Origin: Eubacteriales bacterium
GTDB taxonomy: Bacteria; Bacillota; Clostridia; Oscillospirales; CAG-272
Direction: 5' to 3'
Length of the DNA stretch: 64,000 nt
Assembly: GCA_045653105.1 (NCBI GenBank)
Contig: JAZOLL010000030.1
Span: 536-64,535 of the forward strand
Under the pieces are notes generated by a model that saw only the letters and a program-made list of their open reading frames with translations, did no database searches and was not told the DNA's origin. The position numbers were made by a program, and so were the translations under genes. Positions 54,101 through 63,665 of this stretch are shown piece by piece. How positions within the stretch are numbered: position 1 is the stretch's first letter; each line of letters opens with the position of its first letter.

Positions 54101-55810
54101 ATGAGAATGATCAATAACCTCAAGGGCGCAAAGGATCCTAAGGTCATCACAGACCTTCGCCATCTCGTTAAAACAGGCGCTGAATATTTCGGCGACAAGG
54201 CGCTCTATCTCTACAAGGATGCTGCAGGCGAATACGTCGAGTATTCCTACAACCGTCTCTACGACGACGTTTGCTATATCGGAACAGCTCTCTCAAAGCT
54301 CGATATGGCAGATAAGCACATCGCAGTCAGCGGTGACACACATCCCCACTATATCGCAACCTACATTGCAACCGTTGCAGGTAACGGCTGTATCGTTCCG
54401 ATCGACAAGGAGCTCTCTCTTGAGGCAACTGTAGACTTCCTTCGCCTCGCGGAGTGCACAGCTTTCGCTTACACAAACGCACAGAAGGACAAGGCGATCG
54501 CAATTTCCGAGGCTATGCCCGAGATCAAGTATTTCATTCCTCTACAGCCTAATGCCGACTCAGTATTCTCGGAAAAGGTCATCACCATAGACTCCCTTAT
54601 CGAAATGGGTAAGGAAGCTCTTGAGGGTGGATACCGTGATTACGTTGAGACCGAGCTTGAGATGGAAAAGATGTCTGCTCTTCTCTTCACATCGGGTACA
54701 ACAGGCACGAGTAAGGGAGTTATGCTCTCTCACAAGAACCTCGCTGCCGCAACAAACGCGTCGGTGCTTTCCATGTCCTACGACGACAGAAACACCTTCG
54801 TTTCCGTGCTTCCTCCTCACCACTCTTACGAGTTGACCTGCGGTCACCTCGCAATAATGGATATCGGCGGCACGATCCTTATCAACGACTCTCTCAAGCA
54901 CGTTATGAAGAACTTCCAGAACTTCAAGCCCAACGCTCTTATGCTCGTTCCGCTCTTCGTTGAGACTATGCACAAGAGAATCTGGGAAGAGGTCAAAAAG
55001 AAGGGTCTTGAAAAGCAGCTCCGCGCTCTTATCAAGGTCAACAGCGCAGCTCTCGCGTGCAGAATAGATATGAGAAAGAAGCTCTTTAGCAAGGTTACAG
55101 GAGCTTTCGGTGGAAATCTCAAGAGTATCGTTTGCGGAGGAGCTCCCCTCTCTCCCGAACTCATCAAGGACTTTTACGCATTTGGTATCACAGTTCTTGA
55201 GGGATACGGAATCACAGAGTGTGCGCCTCTCGTTGCGGTCAACTCTCCCGGAAAGGTCAAGTTCCACTCCGTTGGTACTCCCGTTTACGGCTGCCGCGTC
55301 AAGATAGACAAGACATCCAACGAGGAGACAGGCGAGATCCTCGTCAAGGGAGACAACGTTATGCTCGGCTACTACAAGGATCCCGAGGCTACCGCCGCAG
55401 TATTCACTTATGACGGCTGGTTCAGAACAGGCGACATCGGATATATGGATAAGGACGGATACATCTTCATTACAGGCCGTAAGAAGAACGTCATAATCCT
55501 CAGCAACGGAAAGAACGTATTCCCCGAGGAGCTTGAGGAGCACCTCTCCTACGTTCCCTGCATTCTCGAGTCTGTAGTCCTCACCAGAGAGAACGATAAC
55601 AAGGATCAGATAATCACTGCTATCGTTGTTCCCAACCTTGATCTCTTTGAGGATAAGTCCAAGGAAAACGTTTACGCGGAGATAAAGGCCGCTGTAAATA
55701 ATATAAACAAATCTCTGCCCTCCTTTAAGCAGATACGCAAGATCGAGGTTCGTTACGAGCCGTTCGAGCGTACAACTTCTAAGAAGATACAGAGATTCAA
55801 AGTACAGTAA
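54101..55810 (+). CDS. AMP-dependent synthetase/ligase (long-chain fatty acid-CoA or acyl-ACP ligase type)
   Basis: AMP-binding motif LFTSGTTGTSKGVMLSH and the later GYGITE and TGDIGYMDKDGYIFITGRKK blocks. Confidence 0.88.
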   Translation: MRMINNLKGAKDPKVITDLRHLVKTGAEYFGDKALYLYKDAAGEYVEYSYNRLYDDVCYIGTALSKLDMADKHIAVSGDTHPHYIATYIATVAGNGCIVPIDKELSLEATVDFLRLAECTAFAYTNAQKDKAIAISEAMPEIKYFIPLQPNADSVFSEKVITIDSLIEMGKEALEGGYRDYVETELEMEKMSALLFTSGTTGTSKGVMLSHKNLAAATNASVLSMSYDDRNTFVSVLPPHHSYELTCGHLAIMDIGGTILINDSLKHVMKNFQNFKPNALMLVPLFVETMHKRIWEEVKKKGLEKQLRALIKVNSAALACRIDMRKKLFSKVTGAFGGNLKSIVCGGAPLSPELIKDFYAFGITVLEGYGITECAPLVAVNSPGKVKFHSVGTPVYGCRVKIDKTSNEETGEILVKGDNVMLGYYKDPEATAAVFTYDGWFRTGDIGYMDKDGYIFITGRKKNVIILSNGKNVFPEELEEHLSYVPCILESVVLTRENDNKDQIITAIVVPNLDLFEDKSKENVYAEIKAAVNNINKSLPSFKQIRKIEVRYEPFERTTSKKIQRFKVQ

Positions 55811-55832
55811 ATTATTTTTGGAGGAATATATT

Positions 55833-56063
55833 ATGAACATGTACGAAAAGTTTGCTCAGATCCTCGTTGAGGAGCTTCAGGTTGACAAGGACGACATTAA
55901 GATGGAGGCTGAGCTCGCAAACGACCTCGGTATCAACTCTATCGAGCTTGCAGACCTCGTTATGCTCTGCGAGGACAAATTCGGAATCGAGATCAACGAT
56001 GAGGACATTCGCAAGTTCACAACAGTTGCTGATGTTGTTGCATACCTCGAGACACTCGAATAA
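55833..56063 (+). CDS. Acyl carrier protein-like (76 aa)
   Basis: Start ATG 55833, 9 nt after GGAGG. Four-helix ACP pattern with the putative phosphopantetheine Ser in LGINSIELADLVM (N-S-I instead of the usual D-S-L). Confidence 0.8.
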   Translation: MNMYEKFAQILVEELQVDKDDIKMEAELANDLGINSIELADLVMLCEDKFGIEINDEDIRKFTTVADVVAYLETLE

Positions 56064-56075
56064 TTAAGACAGCTG

Positions 56076-56111
56076 ATCTCAGCGCAGAACAAAAACACAG
56101 AACATATCAAA
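56076..56111 (+). repeat. 36 nt direct repeat, copy 1
   Basis: ATCTCAGCGCAGAACAAAAACACAGAACATATCAAA, identical to 56288-56323. Both copies are preceded by CAGCTG (copy 2 has a 9 nt insert). Confidence 0.9.
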
Positions 56112-56118
56112 CAAAATA

Positions 56119-56161
56119 CCGCTTTTGCCTTTGATTCTACCTCGGGCAAAGGCGGTTTTTT
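56119..56161 (+). terminator. Rho-independent terminator after ACP and repeat copy 1
   Basis: CCGCTTTTGCC / GGCAAAGGCGG stem (one G:U pair), 15 nt loop, TTTTTT. Confidence 0.8.
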
Positions 56162-56287
56162 GGTAGAAATCCTTGCGGATTTCATTTTTTATGTGTTTTT
56201 TAGCCGCGATTTGTCTCTCTGCAGTACAAAGTACAGCGACGAGCCACAAATCACGTCTTCTGCATCCGAGCTCAGCTGTCTCCACCC

Positions 56288-56323
56288 ATCTCAGCGCAGA
56301 ACAAAAACACAGAACATATCAAA
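56288..56323 (+). repeat. 36 nt direct repeat, copy 2
   Basis: Exact copy of 56076-56111, 212 nt downstream. Confidence 0.9.
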
Positions 56324-56324
56324 T

Positions 56325-56364
56325 AAAAAGCACCGCAGATTTAAAATCTGCGGTGCTTTTTGTT
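56325..56364. terminator. Bidirectional terminator (repeat copy 2 side / pepD)
   Basis: GCACCGCAGATT / AATCTGCGGTGC stem flanked by AAAAA and TTTTTGTTT. Confidence 0.85.
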
Positions 56365-56366
56365 TA

Positions 56367-57806
56367 TCACTTCTCTATCATCGTTTTAACAATAGCGAAA
56401 ACTCTGCCGAAGGAGTCAAGACCAAGTCTCTCCTTGGGAGAATGAAGGTCTGCTATATCCGCTCCGATAGAAATTATCTCGATATCGGGTATCGCCTGCT
56501 TCACGATTCCACACTCAAGTCCCGCGTGAAGCGCGGTCTTTATTACCTTTGTGCCGAAAAGCTTATCCGCAAGCGCGATATAGTCCTCTGCGAGCTCAGA
56601 GTAGCCGCTGACATCCCAACCGGGATATCTGCTGTGGTGCACAGCAGTACCGCCGATGAGCTTTGCTGCGCTCTCTATCTCGTTCATAGAGCACTCAAGC
56701 TGCGAATCTATCGCCGAGCGAGAGGAGAAATAAAATCCTATCTTGCCACCCTCAGTCTTAACGATTCCAAGGTTTCTCGAAAACTCAACGAGCCCCTCTA
56801 TCTTCTCGCTCATAGCGAGAACTCCGTTATCTATAGAGGCTGAAAAATCAAGGATCTTTTGTGTAAACTCATCAGAGAACACCTGCTCGTATCCCGACGC
56901 GCCTATATTCTCAACGCGTATGAAGAAATCGAAATCCTCAGGGCAAAGTGTCGCTTTGACACCCGATGCGTATTTTCTCGCTATCATCTCTGCGCCCATA
57001 ACGTCATCTACCGCAACCACAAGCACTGCCTCACGAGGTATAGCATTGTCCTTAGAGCCTCCGTCAAAAGAGATGAGCTCTACTCCCACAAACTCAGAGA
57101 GTGCTCTCAAAAGAGCCGCCGCCAGCTTGTTAGCATTTGCTCTGCCATCGTGGATATTCTCGCCCGAATGTCCACCCATAAGACCGCCAAGCGTAACCTT
57201 GAGGATATTTTTTCGGGTTCTGTCCTTGTATTCGATGTCAAACAATGCGTCAGAGCGAACACCGCCTGCGCAGCCTACGACAAGCGTGTCTTCCTCAGCG
57301 CCGTCCATATTTATCATGCGCTTTGCGTATATTTTGCTATAATCAAAGCCTCTCGCGCCATCAAGACCGACCTCCTCGGATGCGGTGAAAAGGCACTGGA
57401 TAGGTCCGTGCTGCTCACACGCGCCATCGAGGATAGCGAGCATAATAGCCACCGCAACTCCGTCGTCAGCGCCGAGTGTCGTACCCCTCGCTCCTACAAG
57501 GCCATCCTCAAGGAAAAGGTCAAGCGGATCCGATGTAAAATCGTGATCGCAGCCGATGTTACACTCACAAACCATATCGGTATGACCCTGAAGAAGGATC
57601 GCGGGGCGATCCTCGCAGCCGACAGTTGCGGGCATATTTATAAGTACGTTTCTGTGTTCGTCGGTGTAAGCCTCAAAGCCTCTCTCCTTTGCGAAATCCA
57701 AAAGATAAGCGACTATTTTTTCCTCCTGATAGGATGCTCTCGGTATTGCGGATATCCTCTCAAAAAACTCCAAAAGCTTTGGATATTTAAAATCTTTGCA
57801 AATCAT
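56367..57806 (-). CDS. pepD: Aminoacyl-histidine dipeptidase (Xaa-His dipeptidase, M20 family)
   Basis: Start ATG 57806 after GGGAGAG. PepD N-terminus (FERISAIPRASYQEEKI). HTDMV and GADDG metal-binding motifs. Confidence 0.9.
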   Translation of the reverse strand: MICKDFKYPKLLEFFERISAIPRASYQEEKIVAYLLDFAKERGFEAYTDEHRNVLINMPATVGCEDRPAILLQGHTDMVCECNIGCDHDFTSDPLDLFLEDGLVGARGTTLGADDGVAVAIMLAILDGACEQHGPIQCLFTASEEVGLDGARGFDYSKIYAKRMINMDGAEEDTLVVGCAGGVRSDALFDIEYKDRTRKNILKVTLGGLMGGHSGENIHDGRANANKLAAALLRALSEFVGVELISFDGGSKDNAIPREAVLVVAVDDVMGAEMIARKYASGVKATLCPEDFDFFIRVENIGASGYEQVFSDEFTQKILDFSASIDNGVLAMSEKIEGLVEFSRNLGIVKTEGGKIGFYFSSRSAIDSQLECSMNEIESAAKLIGGTAVHHSRYPGWDVSGYSELAEDYIALADKLFGTKVIKTALHAGLECGIVKQAIPDIEIISIGADIADLHSPKERLGLDSFGRVFAIVKTMIEK

Positions 57807-57831
57807 AAAATCTCTCCCGATAAAGCAGGAC

Positions 57832-58905
57832 TTATCTTGATGTTCCGCCTGCCTGTGTTCTGTTTTTTCGTCTGACCTTTGAAAGATCAACTATTCCCTC
57901 GGGCATATCGTCAAGGTATTCAAGCGCCTTGCCCGTTCCCTTTACCACGCAGAGTTCAGGCTCTTGCGCGACCTTTGTCTTGATGCCCGTGAGCTCGGCT
58001 ATCAGCTTGTCAAGTCCGTAGAGCTGACTGCCTCCTCCCGTAAGCAGAATACCCGTTTTAAGTATGTCACCGATAAGCTCGGGGGGAGTGCGCTCGATGA
58101 CCGAATATATGCCGTCGAGCACGTCGGTTATAGGCTCCATCATCGCCTCAAGCATCTCCTTTGAGGAGACCGTGACCACCTTGGGAAGTCCCTGAAGCAA
58201 GCATCTGCCCTTCACCTCGTATTCCTTGGGATTCGGATGCTCATACACCGCGCCGATCTTTATCTTGACCTGCTCCGCGGTACGCTCACCGATAACGAGG
58301 TTATATTTACGCCTCATATATTTCATTATTGCCGCGTCAAACTTGTTGCCCGCGCTGTCCACACTCTTTGACACCACCACGCCACCGAGCGATATGACCG
58401 CGATATCCGTTGTTCCGCCGCCGATGTCCACTATCATATGTCCTGTCGGACTGAATATATCGATACCCGCGCCAAGCGCTGCCGCAACGGGCTCTTCTAT
58501 AAGATACGTCTTGCGAGCGCCCGCCTGCATTCCCGCGCCGATCACCGCGCGCTCCTCGACCTCGGTGATACCTGTGGGGATACAGATCATTACCTTGGGC
58601 TGTATGACAGATCCGCCACAAGCCCTGCGAATGAAGTACTGTATCATCTTCTGCGTCACGTCGTACTGGCTGATAACTCCGTTCTCAAGAGGACGGACCA
58701 CCCTTATATTCTCGGGGTTTCTGCCGAGCATTACCTGCGCGTCCTTACCAACCTTGGTTATCATATCGGTATCCGTGTTGACCGCCACAACAGAGGGCTC
58801 GTTGAGGACTATTCCGCGCCCTCTCACGTAAACGAGCACCGTCGCCGTGCCAAGATCTATTCCTATTTCTTTGGAAAACATCTCTTTTGGTTTAAATTTA
58901 AACAT
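57832..58905 (-). CDS. mreB: Rod shape-determining protein MreB/Mbl
   Basis: IGIDLGTATVLVY, DIGGGTTD and LTGGGSQL actin-fold motifs. ATG 58881 is an alternative start. Confidence 0.92.
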   Translation of the reverse strand: MFKFKPKEMFSKEIGIDLGTATVLVYVRGRGIVLNEPSVVAVNTDTDMITKVGKDAQVMLGRNPENIRVVRPLENGVISQYDVTQKMIQYFIRRACGGSVIQPKVMICIPTGITEVEERAVIGAGMQAGARKTYLIEEPVAAALGAGIDIFSPTGHMIVDIGGGTTDIAVISLGGVVVSKSVDSAGNKFDAAIMKYMRRKYNLVIGERTAEQVKIKIGAVYEHPNPKEYEVKGRCLLQGLPKVVTVSSKEMLEAMMEPITDVLDGIYSVIERTPPELIGDILKTGILLTGGGSQLYGLDKLIAELTGIKTKVAQEPELCVVKGTGKALEYLDDMPEGIVDLSKVRRKNRTQAGGTSR

Positions 58906-58995
58906 CCGACCGTTCCTTACCTGAAATTCGGTTTCCCGTATTTATAATTATATTATACACAATCATTCACCCTTTTTCAAGGGTGTATTTTATCA

Positions 58996-59733
58996 TTATT
59001 TGTTCTCCGGTGTCGAAGCGACAGAAAGGCATATCACAGCCCCCGCTCTCGCTCTTATGAGATGATGCACCGCGGCAGACATACTAGCTCCCGTCGTGAC
59101 AACGTCGTCGATAAGTATCACTGTCTTGCCGCTCACAAGCGTCTCTGTATCCTCGCATGGGGCAAAGAGCTTTTTGACGTTCTTTTTGCGTTCTGCGGCG
59201 GTGAGCTTTTTCTGCTCCTTTCCGCCCTTTACACGCTCAACGGTCTTGGCAAAAGGTATTCCGCTCTTGAGCGAGAGTGCCTTTGCGAGCTCCGCTGACT
59301 GATCTACTCCGTATTTGAGAACCGAACCTACACCTCTCGGTACAAATGTGATAAGCGACGAATCCGCGTCAAGCCTTGGTAGCTCGGTATCCGCCCGCAG
59401 AACAAGGTATAACTGCTCTGCGAGAAATCCGCTTATCCTCTCGTTTTCATTTCTTTTGATAAAGCTCACCGTGTTATGCACCACGCTATCCGTGGTATAT
59501 GCCACGAGCTTGTGATGACAAAGCGCTCCCGAATCCGAGAGAGTCTTCGTCATACAGATACACTCGCACATCGCCCTGCCACAGATCTTACATTCACGGG
59601 TCTTCAGCACGTCCCAACGCATTCTGCATTCGGGACAAAAAGCCTCTGCCCTTTCATCATAAGAGAGCAGCTCACCGCACGCGGGACACTTTCTGGTGAG
59701 TATAAATCTCTCTAAAAACTCACGCGCTCTCAT
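58996..59733 (-). CDS. comFC: ComF family protein (ComFC, phosphoribosyltransferase-like)
   Basis: N-terminal Cys4 zinc finger (CPACG...CPEC) and C-terminal PRTase motif VILIDDVVTTGAS. ATGA overlap with recD2. Confidence 0.88.
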   Translation of the reverse strand: MRAREFLERFILTRKCPACGELLSYDERAEAFCPECRMRWDVLKTRECKICGRAMCECICMTKTLSDSGALCHHKLVAYTTDSVVHNTVSFIKRNENERISGFLAEQLYLVLRADTELPRLDADSSLITFVPRGVGSVLKYGVDQSAELAKALSLKSGIPFAKTVERVKGGKEQKKLTAAERKKNVKKLFAPCEDTETLVSGKTVILIDDVVTTGASMSAAVHHLIRARAGAVICLSVASTPENK

Positions 59734-61970
59734 TTGTCATCCCTTGCAAGTCGCCTAGCAAGTCCCGTATATCGCATCGACTGATGGTCGTTATTCACCA
59801 TTACCCTTATTATCTCCTCGCGACCGACGAGAATAACCATTCTCTGCGCTCTCGTAACCGCGGTGTAAAGCAGATTTCGCGTGTGGAGCATATGCGCCGC
59901 CGAACACATCGGGATAATCACAACGGGGTATTCACTTCCCTGACTCTTATGCACAGTTATAGCATATGCGTGCTCTATGTCGTCGAGAAGCGTGAGATCG
60001 TAATTGACCACCTTGTCGTCAAAAAGTATCTCCATATAGCTATTCGTAATATCTATGCGCTGAATAACTCCGATATCTCCGTTGAATATTCCGTATCCGT
60101 CCTTGCCGTCCGAGTCTCTCCACCAATTTATATCGTAATTGTTTCTCGTCTGCATGACTCTGTCGCCCTCTCTGAAGAGGATCTCGCGGAACTTGTATTC
60201 AAGACGGTGAGGATCCTTGGGGTTGAGCGCGTTCTGAAGTATCACATTGAGGTTTTCAGAGCCCGCCTCGCCTTTTCTTGAGGGACAGATGACCTGAATC
60301 CCCTGACGAATGCTCTCGCCATAAGATCTTGGAAGTCTGTTTTTGTAAAGATCCGCAATGGTTGCGGCAATATCCCTGTCAAGTCCTCTCGGCAAAAAGA
60401 AAAAGTCGTTGTCCTTTGCATCTATCCTTGGCATCTCGCCCGAATTTATAAGGTGCGCGTTGGTGACGATAAGGCTCTGACTTGCCTGACGGAATATCTC
60501 GTTTAGCTGAACGACGGAAAATCTATCGCTCTCGATTATATCCCGCAAAACGTTGCCCGCGCCTACCGAAGGTAGCTGATCTGCGTCACCTATGATTATA
60601 AGTCTCGCACCCGGCTTTATCGCCTTGAGAAGCGCCATCATAAGATAAGAATCTATCATCGATGCTTCATCGACGATTATAACGTCCTCACCGAGCTGAT
60701 CGAACTCATTTCTGTTAAAGGTAGGAGTGGAAGATCCTCCCTCATAGCCCATCTCAAGAAGTCTGTGGACAGTTTTCGCCTCTCTTGAAGTAGACTCGGA
60801 AAGTCTCTTTGCCGCTCTTCCCGTAGGCGCGGCAAGGGCAATATCAAAGCCCATACTGTCAAAAATGTGTATCAGCGCCTTGACTACCGTGGTCTTTCCC
60901 GTACCGGGTCCTCCCGTGAGCACCATAACGCCGTACCTGAGCGCGTCAGATATCGCCTGCTTCTGCTGTGCGGCATAACGAATTCCGTTTTGCGATTCCT
61001 CTCGCTCTATAAATCTGTCTATGTCGGGGAGAGAGACCTCAACACTCATTTTGTCAAGCTGCATAAGCTTTGCCGCAATATATTTCTCCGCCTCGTAGGA
61101 CGCGACGTCGTATATCATACGGCTCTCACCGTCAAGAGTGTATCTGAGCTCGCCCATCTTCAAAAGTCGGGATATCGCCTCCTCGGCACTCTCCTTTGTA
61201 ACTCCAAGGAGCTCTGCGGTGTCCTCTATAAGCTTTTCCTCGGGCAGACAAGTGTGTCCGTTCTGCATCGCATTCTGAAGCAAAACGTACTTTATGCCGC
61301 TCATTATCCTGTCAAAATTGTCCTTTGTAACACCGAGCTCGGATGCCATAGAGTCGGCTCTCTCAAAGCCTATTCCCTCTATCTCGTTACAAAGTCTGTA
61401 GGGGTTTTTCTTCGCGATATCAACAGACGCGCTACCCCATCTCTTGTATATTCTAATAGTGAGCGCCGCGCCGAAGTAGTTTCTGAAAAACATCATCACC
61501 GAGCGCATTCCCGCCTGCTCCTTGAATCTATCCGAGATCTCCTTTGCGGATTTTCTCGATATTCCCTTGATCTCCGCGAGCCATTCGGGGTGATTTTCTA
61601 TAACGTCAAAGGTGTCCTCGCCGAACTCCTCAACTATTCTCATCGCGGTCTTAGGGCCTACTCCCTTTATCGCACCCGACGCTAGATAGCGCAAAATAGA
61701 CGCAGTGTCCGCAGGCATCACTCTCTCATAGTGAGAGACAGAAAACTGCCTGCCGTATTTGGGGTTGTGTATCCACTTTCCGTAAACCGAAAGGTTATCC
61801 CCCACCGCAATCATAGGAAGCGTACCGACGATAGTGACTATCTCGTCGTCAGCCACTGCCATATCGCATATCGCGTATCCGTTATCCTCGTTTGAGTAGA
61901 TAACGTGCTCTATGCTTCCCTCGAGCTTCTGCAAGCCGGAGGTGTCTTTTATATTTTCTATGTCCTGCAT
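59730..61970 (-). CDS. recD2: ATP-dependent RecD-like DNA helicase (RecD2 / RecD-TraA family)
   Basis: Start ATG 61970 after AAGGAGAG. Walker A GGPGTGKTT, DEASM, and the C-terminal SH3-like and YAITVHKSQGSE motifs. Confidence 0.9.
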   Translation of the reverse strand: MQDIENIKDTSGLQKLEGSIEHVIYSNEDNGYAICDMAVADDEIVTIVGTLPMIAVGDNLSVYGKWIHNPKYGRQFSVSHYERVMPADTASILRYLASGAIKGVGPKTAMRIVEEFGEDTFDVIENHPEWLAEIKGISRKSAKEISDRFKEQAGMRSVMMFFRNYFGAALTIRIYKRWGSASVDIAKKNPYRLCNEIEGIGFERADSMASELGVTKDNFDRIMSGIKYVLLQNAMQNGHTCLPEEKLIEDTAELLGVTKESAEEAISRLLKMGELRYTLDGESRMIYDVASYEAEKYIAAKLMQLDKMSVEVSLPDIDRFIEREESQNGIRYAAQQKQAISDALRYGVMVLTGGPGTGKTTVVKALIHIFDSMGFDIALAAPTGRAAKRLSESTSREAKTVHRLLEMGYEGGSSTPTFNRNEFDQLGEDVIIVDEASMIDSYLMMALLKAIKPGARLIIIGDADQLPSVGAGNVLRDIIESDRFSVVQLNEIFRQASQSLIVTNAHLINSGEMPRIDAKDNDFFFLPRGLDRDIAATIADLYKNRLPRSYGESIRQGIQVICPSRKGEAGSENLNVILQNALNPKDPHRLEYKFREILFREGDRVMQTRNNYDINWWRDSDGKDGYGIFNGDIGVIQRIDITNSYMEILFDDKVVNYDLTLLDDIEHAYAITVHKSQGSEYPVVIIPMCSAAHMLHTRNLLYTAVTRAQRMVILVGREEIIRVMVNNDHQSMRYTGLARRLARDDK

Positions 61971-62049
61971 AAGCTCTCTCCTTTGCTCTATTTTAGAATA
62001 AGCATATGCCATCCTGACATATGCTTATCCATTATTTTACGAGATTAAA

Positions 62050-63234
62050 TTAACCGAGCACCTCGGCGCGAAGCGCGTCAGCGAGGTCGCACTTTTCCCA
62101 CGGAACGTCTATATCCTCTCTGCCCATGTGACCGTAAGCCGCAAGCTGACAGTAGATAGGTCTGCGAAGATCAAAACGCTTGATTATTGCCGCAGGTCTG
62201 AAATCGAAAAGCTTTTCCGCAGCCGCCGCGATCTTCGCCTCGTCCGCAACAGCTGTGCCGAATGTATCTATCATTACGGATACGGGTCTTGCCACGCCGA
62301 TAGCGTAAGCAACCTGAACCTCACACTTCTTTGCAAGACCTGCCGCAACTATGTTCTTTGCAACGTATCTTGCCGCGTAGGAAGCGCTTCTGTCAACCTT
62401 TGTCGGGTCCTTACCCGAGAAAGCTCCGCCGCCGTGACGGGAGTATCCGCCGTAGGTATCAACTATTATCTTTCTGCCTGTAAGTCCTGTATCGCCCGCA
62501 GGTCCACCGATCACAAAGCGTCCTGTGGGGTTAACGTAGATCTTGGTCGCCTCGTCCATAAGCTCCGCGGGGATAGTGGGGTTTATAACCTCTCTGATTA
62601 TATCCTCTCTAATCTGCGCAAGCTCAACTGTGTCGCTGTGCTGAGAGGAGATAACGACAGTGTCAACTCTTACGGGCTTGTCGTCGTGATACTCTATTGT
62701 AACCTGAGTCTTTCCGTCGGGACGGAGATATGCGAGTGTTCCGTCCTTTCTCACCTTTGTAAGTCTCTGCGCGAGCTTGTGGGAGAGAGAGATCGGGAGA
62801 GGCATGAGCTCCTCTGTTTCATCGCAAGCGTAACCGAACATAAGTCCCTGGTCACCCGCACCCGTATCGAAGTCCTCACCGTCAGCTCCCTCTTTAGCCT
62901 CAAGGGATTTGTCAACTCCCATAGCAATATCGGGAGACTGCTCGTGAATAGAGCTGATAACAGCACAGCTATCACAGTCAAAGCCGTACTTTGCGCGTGT
63001 GTAGCCTATCTCTCTTACGGTGTCTCTTACGACCTTCTGAATATCAACGTAAGCGCTTGTTGTTATCTCACCCATTACCGCAACGAGACCCGTGGTACAG
63101 AAAGTCTCACAAGCAACGCGGGACATGGGGTCCTGACGAAGCATCTCGTCGAGTATCGCATCGGATATTTTGTCACTTATTTTGTCGGGATGTCCTTCTG
63201 TTACAGATTCGGACGTGAAAAGAATTTTTTTCAT
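62050..63234 (-). CDS. metK: S-adenosylmethionine synthetase
   Basis: [19 protein letters not shown] and GGGAFSGKD motifs. 394 aa. Confidence 0.96.
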   Translation of the reverse strand: MKKILFTSESVTEGHPDKISDKISDAILDEMLRQDPMSRVACETFCTTGLVAVMGEITTSAYVDIQKVVRDTVREIGYTRAKYGFDCDSCAVISSIHEQSPDIAMGVDKSLEAKEGADGEDFDTGAGDQGLMFGYACDETEELMPLPISLSHKLAQRLTKVRKDGTLAYLRPDGKTQVTIEYHDDKPVRVDTVVISSQHSDTVELAQIREDIIREVINPTIPAELMDEATKIYVNPTGRFVIGGPAGDTGLTGRKIIVDTYGGYSRHGGGAFSGKDPTKVDRSASYAARYVAKNIVAAGLAKKCEVQVAYAIGVARPVSVMIDTFGTAVADEAKIAAAAEKLFDFRPAAIIKRFDLRRPIYCQLAAYGHMGREDIDVPWEKCDLADALRAEVLG

Positions 63235-63494
63235 TTTTAGTTCCTCTTTTTTGTATATCGTTTATTATTTATTTACAAAACAAAAACAGGGCTCGTCGGA
63301 TTTGGGACGAGAATTGTTGCAAGCGGTGGCGAAAGGCGTACAAAGGTACGTCGAGCCGACGCTTCGACAATAGAAAAAGCCATAAAAACCGAAAACCGCA
63401 AGGTTTTCCACCTCAGCCATAAGCAGCTATCTGCTCACTGCCACCTTTTTCTTTACTTGGCTTTTTTGTTCTCGCCCTAAGGCGACAGCCCCAG

Positions 63495-63590
63495 GGACTC
63501 TCATCTGCTCGGAATTAGCACCTTACGTTGCCGCAGGTTGCCGTGGTTTCACAGAGCCTGTCTCTCCACCACTCTTGATAAGAAATATTC
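63495..63590 (-). promoter_or_regulatory. SAM-I (S-box) riboswitch
   Basis: Minus strand TTCTTATCAAGAGTGGTGGAGAGACAGGCTCTGTGAAACCACGGCAACC...GGTGCTAATTCCGAGCAGATGAGAG, a near-consensus S-box core. Confidence 0.88.
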
Positions 63591-63599
63591 ACTTGGTAC

Positions 63600-63628
63600 A
63601 TTATATCATAAGATCCGACCGATTTCAA
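63600..63628 (-). promoter_or_regulatory. SigA-type promoter of metK
   Basis: Minus strand TTGAAA (63623-63628), 17 nt spacer, TGA-TATAAT (63600-63605). Confidence 0.75.
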
Positions 63629-63665
63629 GAGTTTTTTGATAATCGGTCGGATTTTAGTTTCCGTT

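Noticed and set aside
56076-56323. CRISPR array.
   Set aside because: There are only two repeat copies separated by 176 nt, far longer than spacers. The repeat has no palindromic core typical of CRISPR, and there are no cas genes in the window.
63611-63650. Hairpin CCGACCGATT...AATCGGTCGG as a plus-strand terminator.
   Set aside because: There is no plus-strand gene upstream. The hairpin lies between the minus-strand small-export gene and the metK promoter, whose -35 sits in its loop. It is more likely the minus-strand terminator of the upstream gene, and weak at that, so it is not listed as a confident feature.
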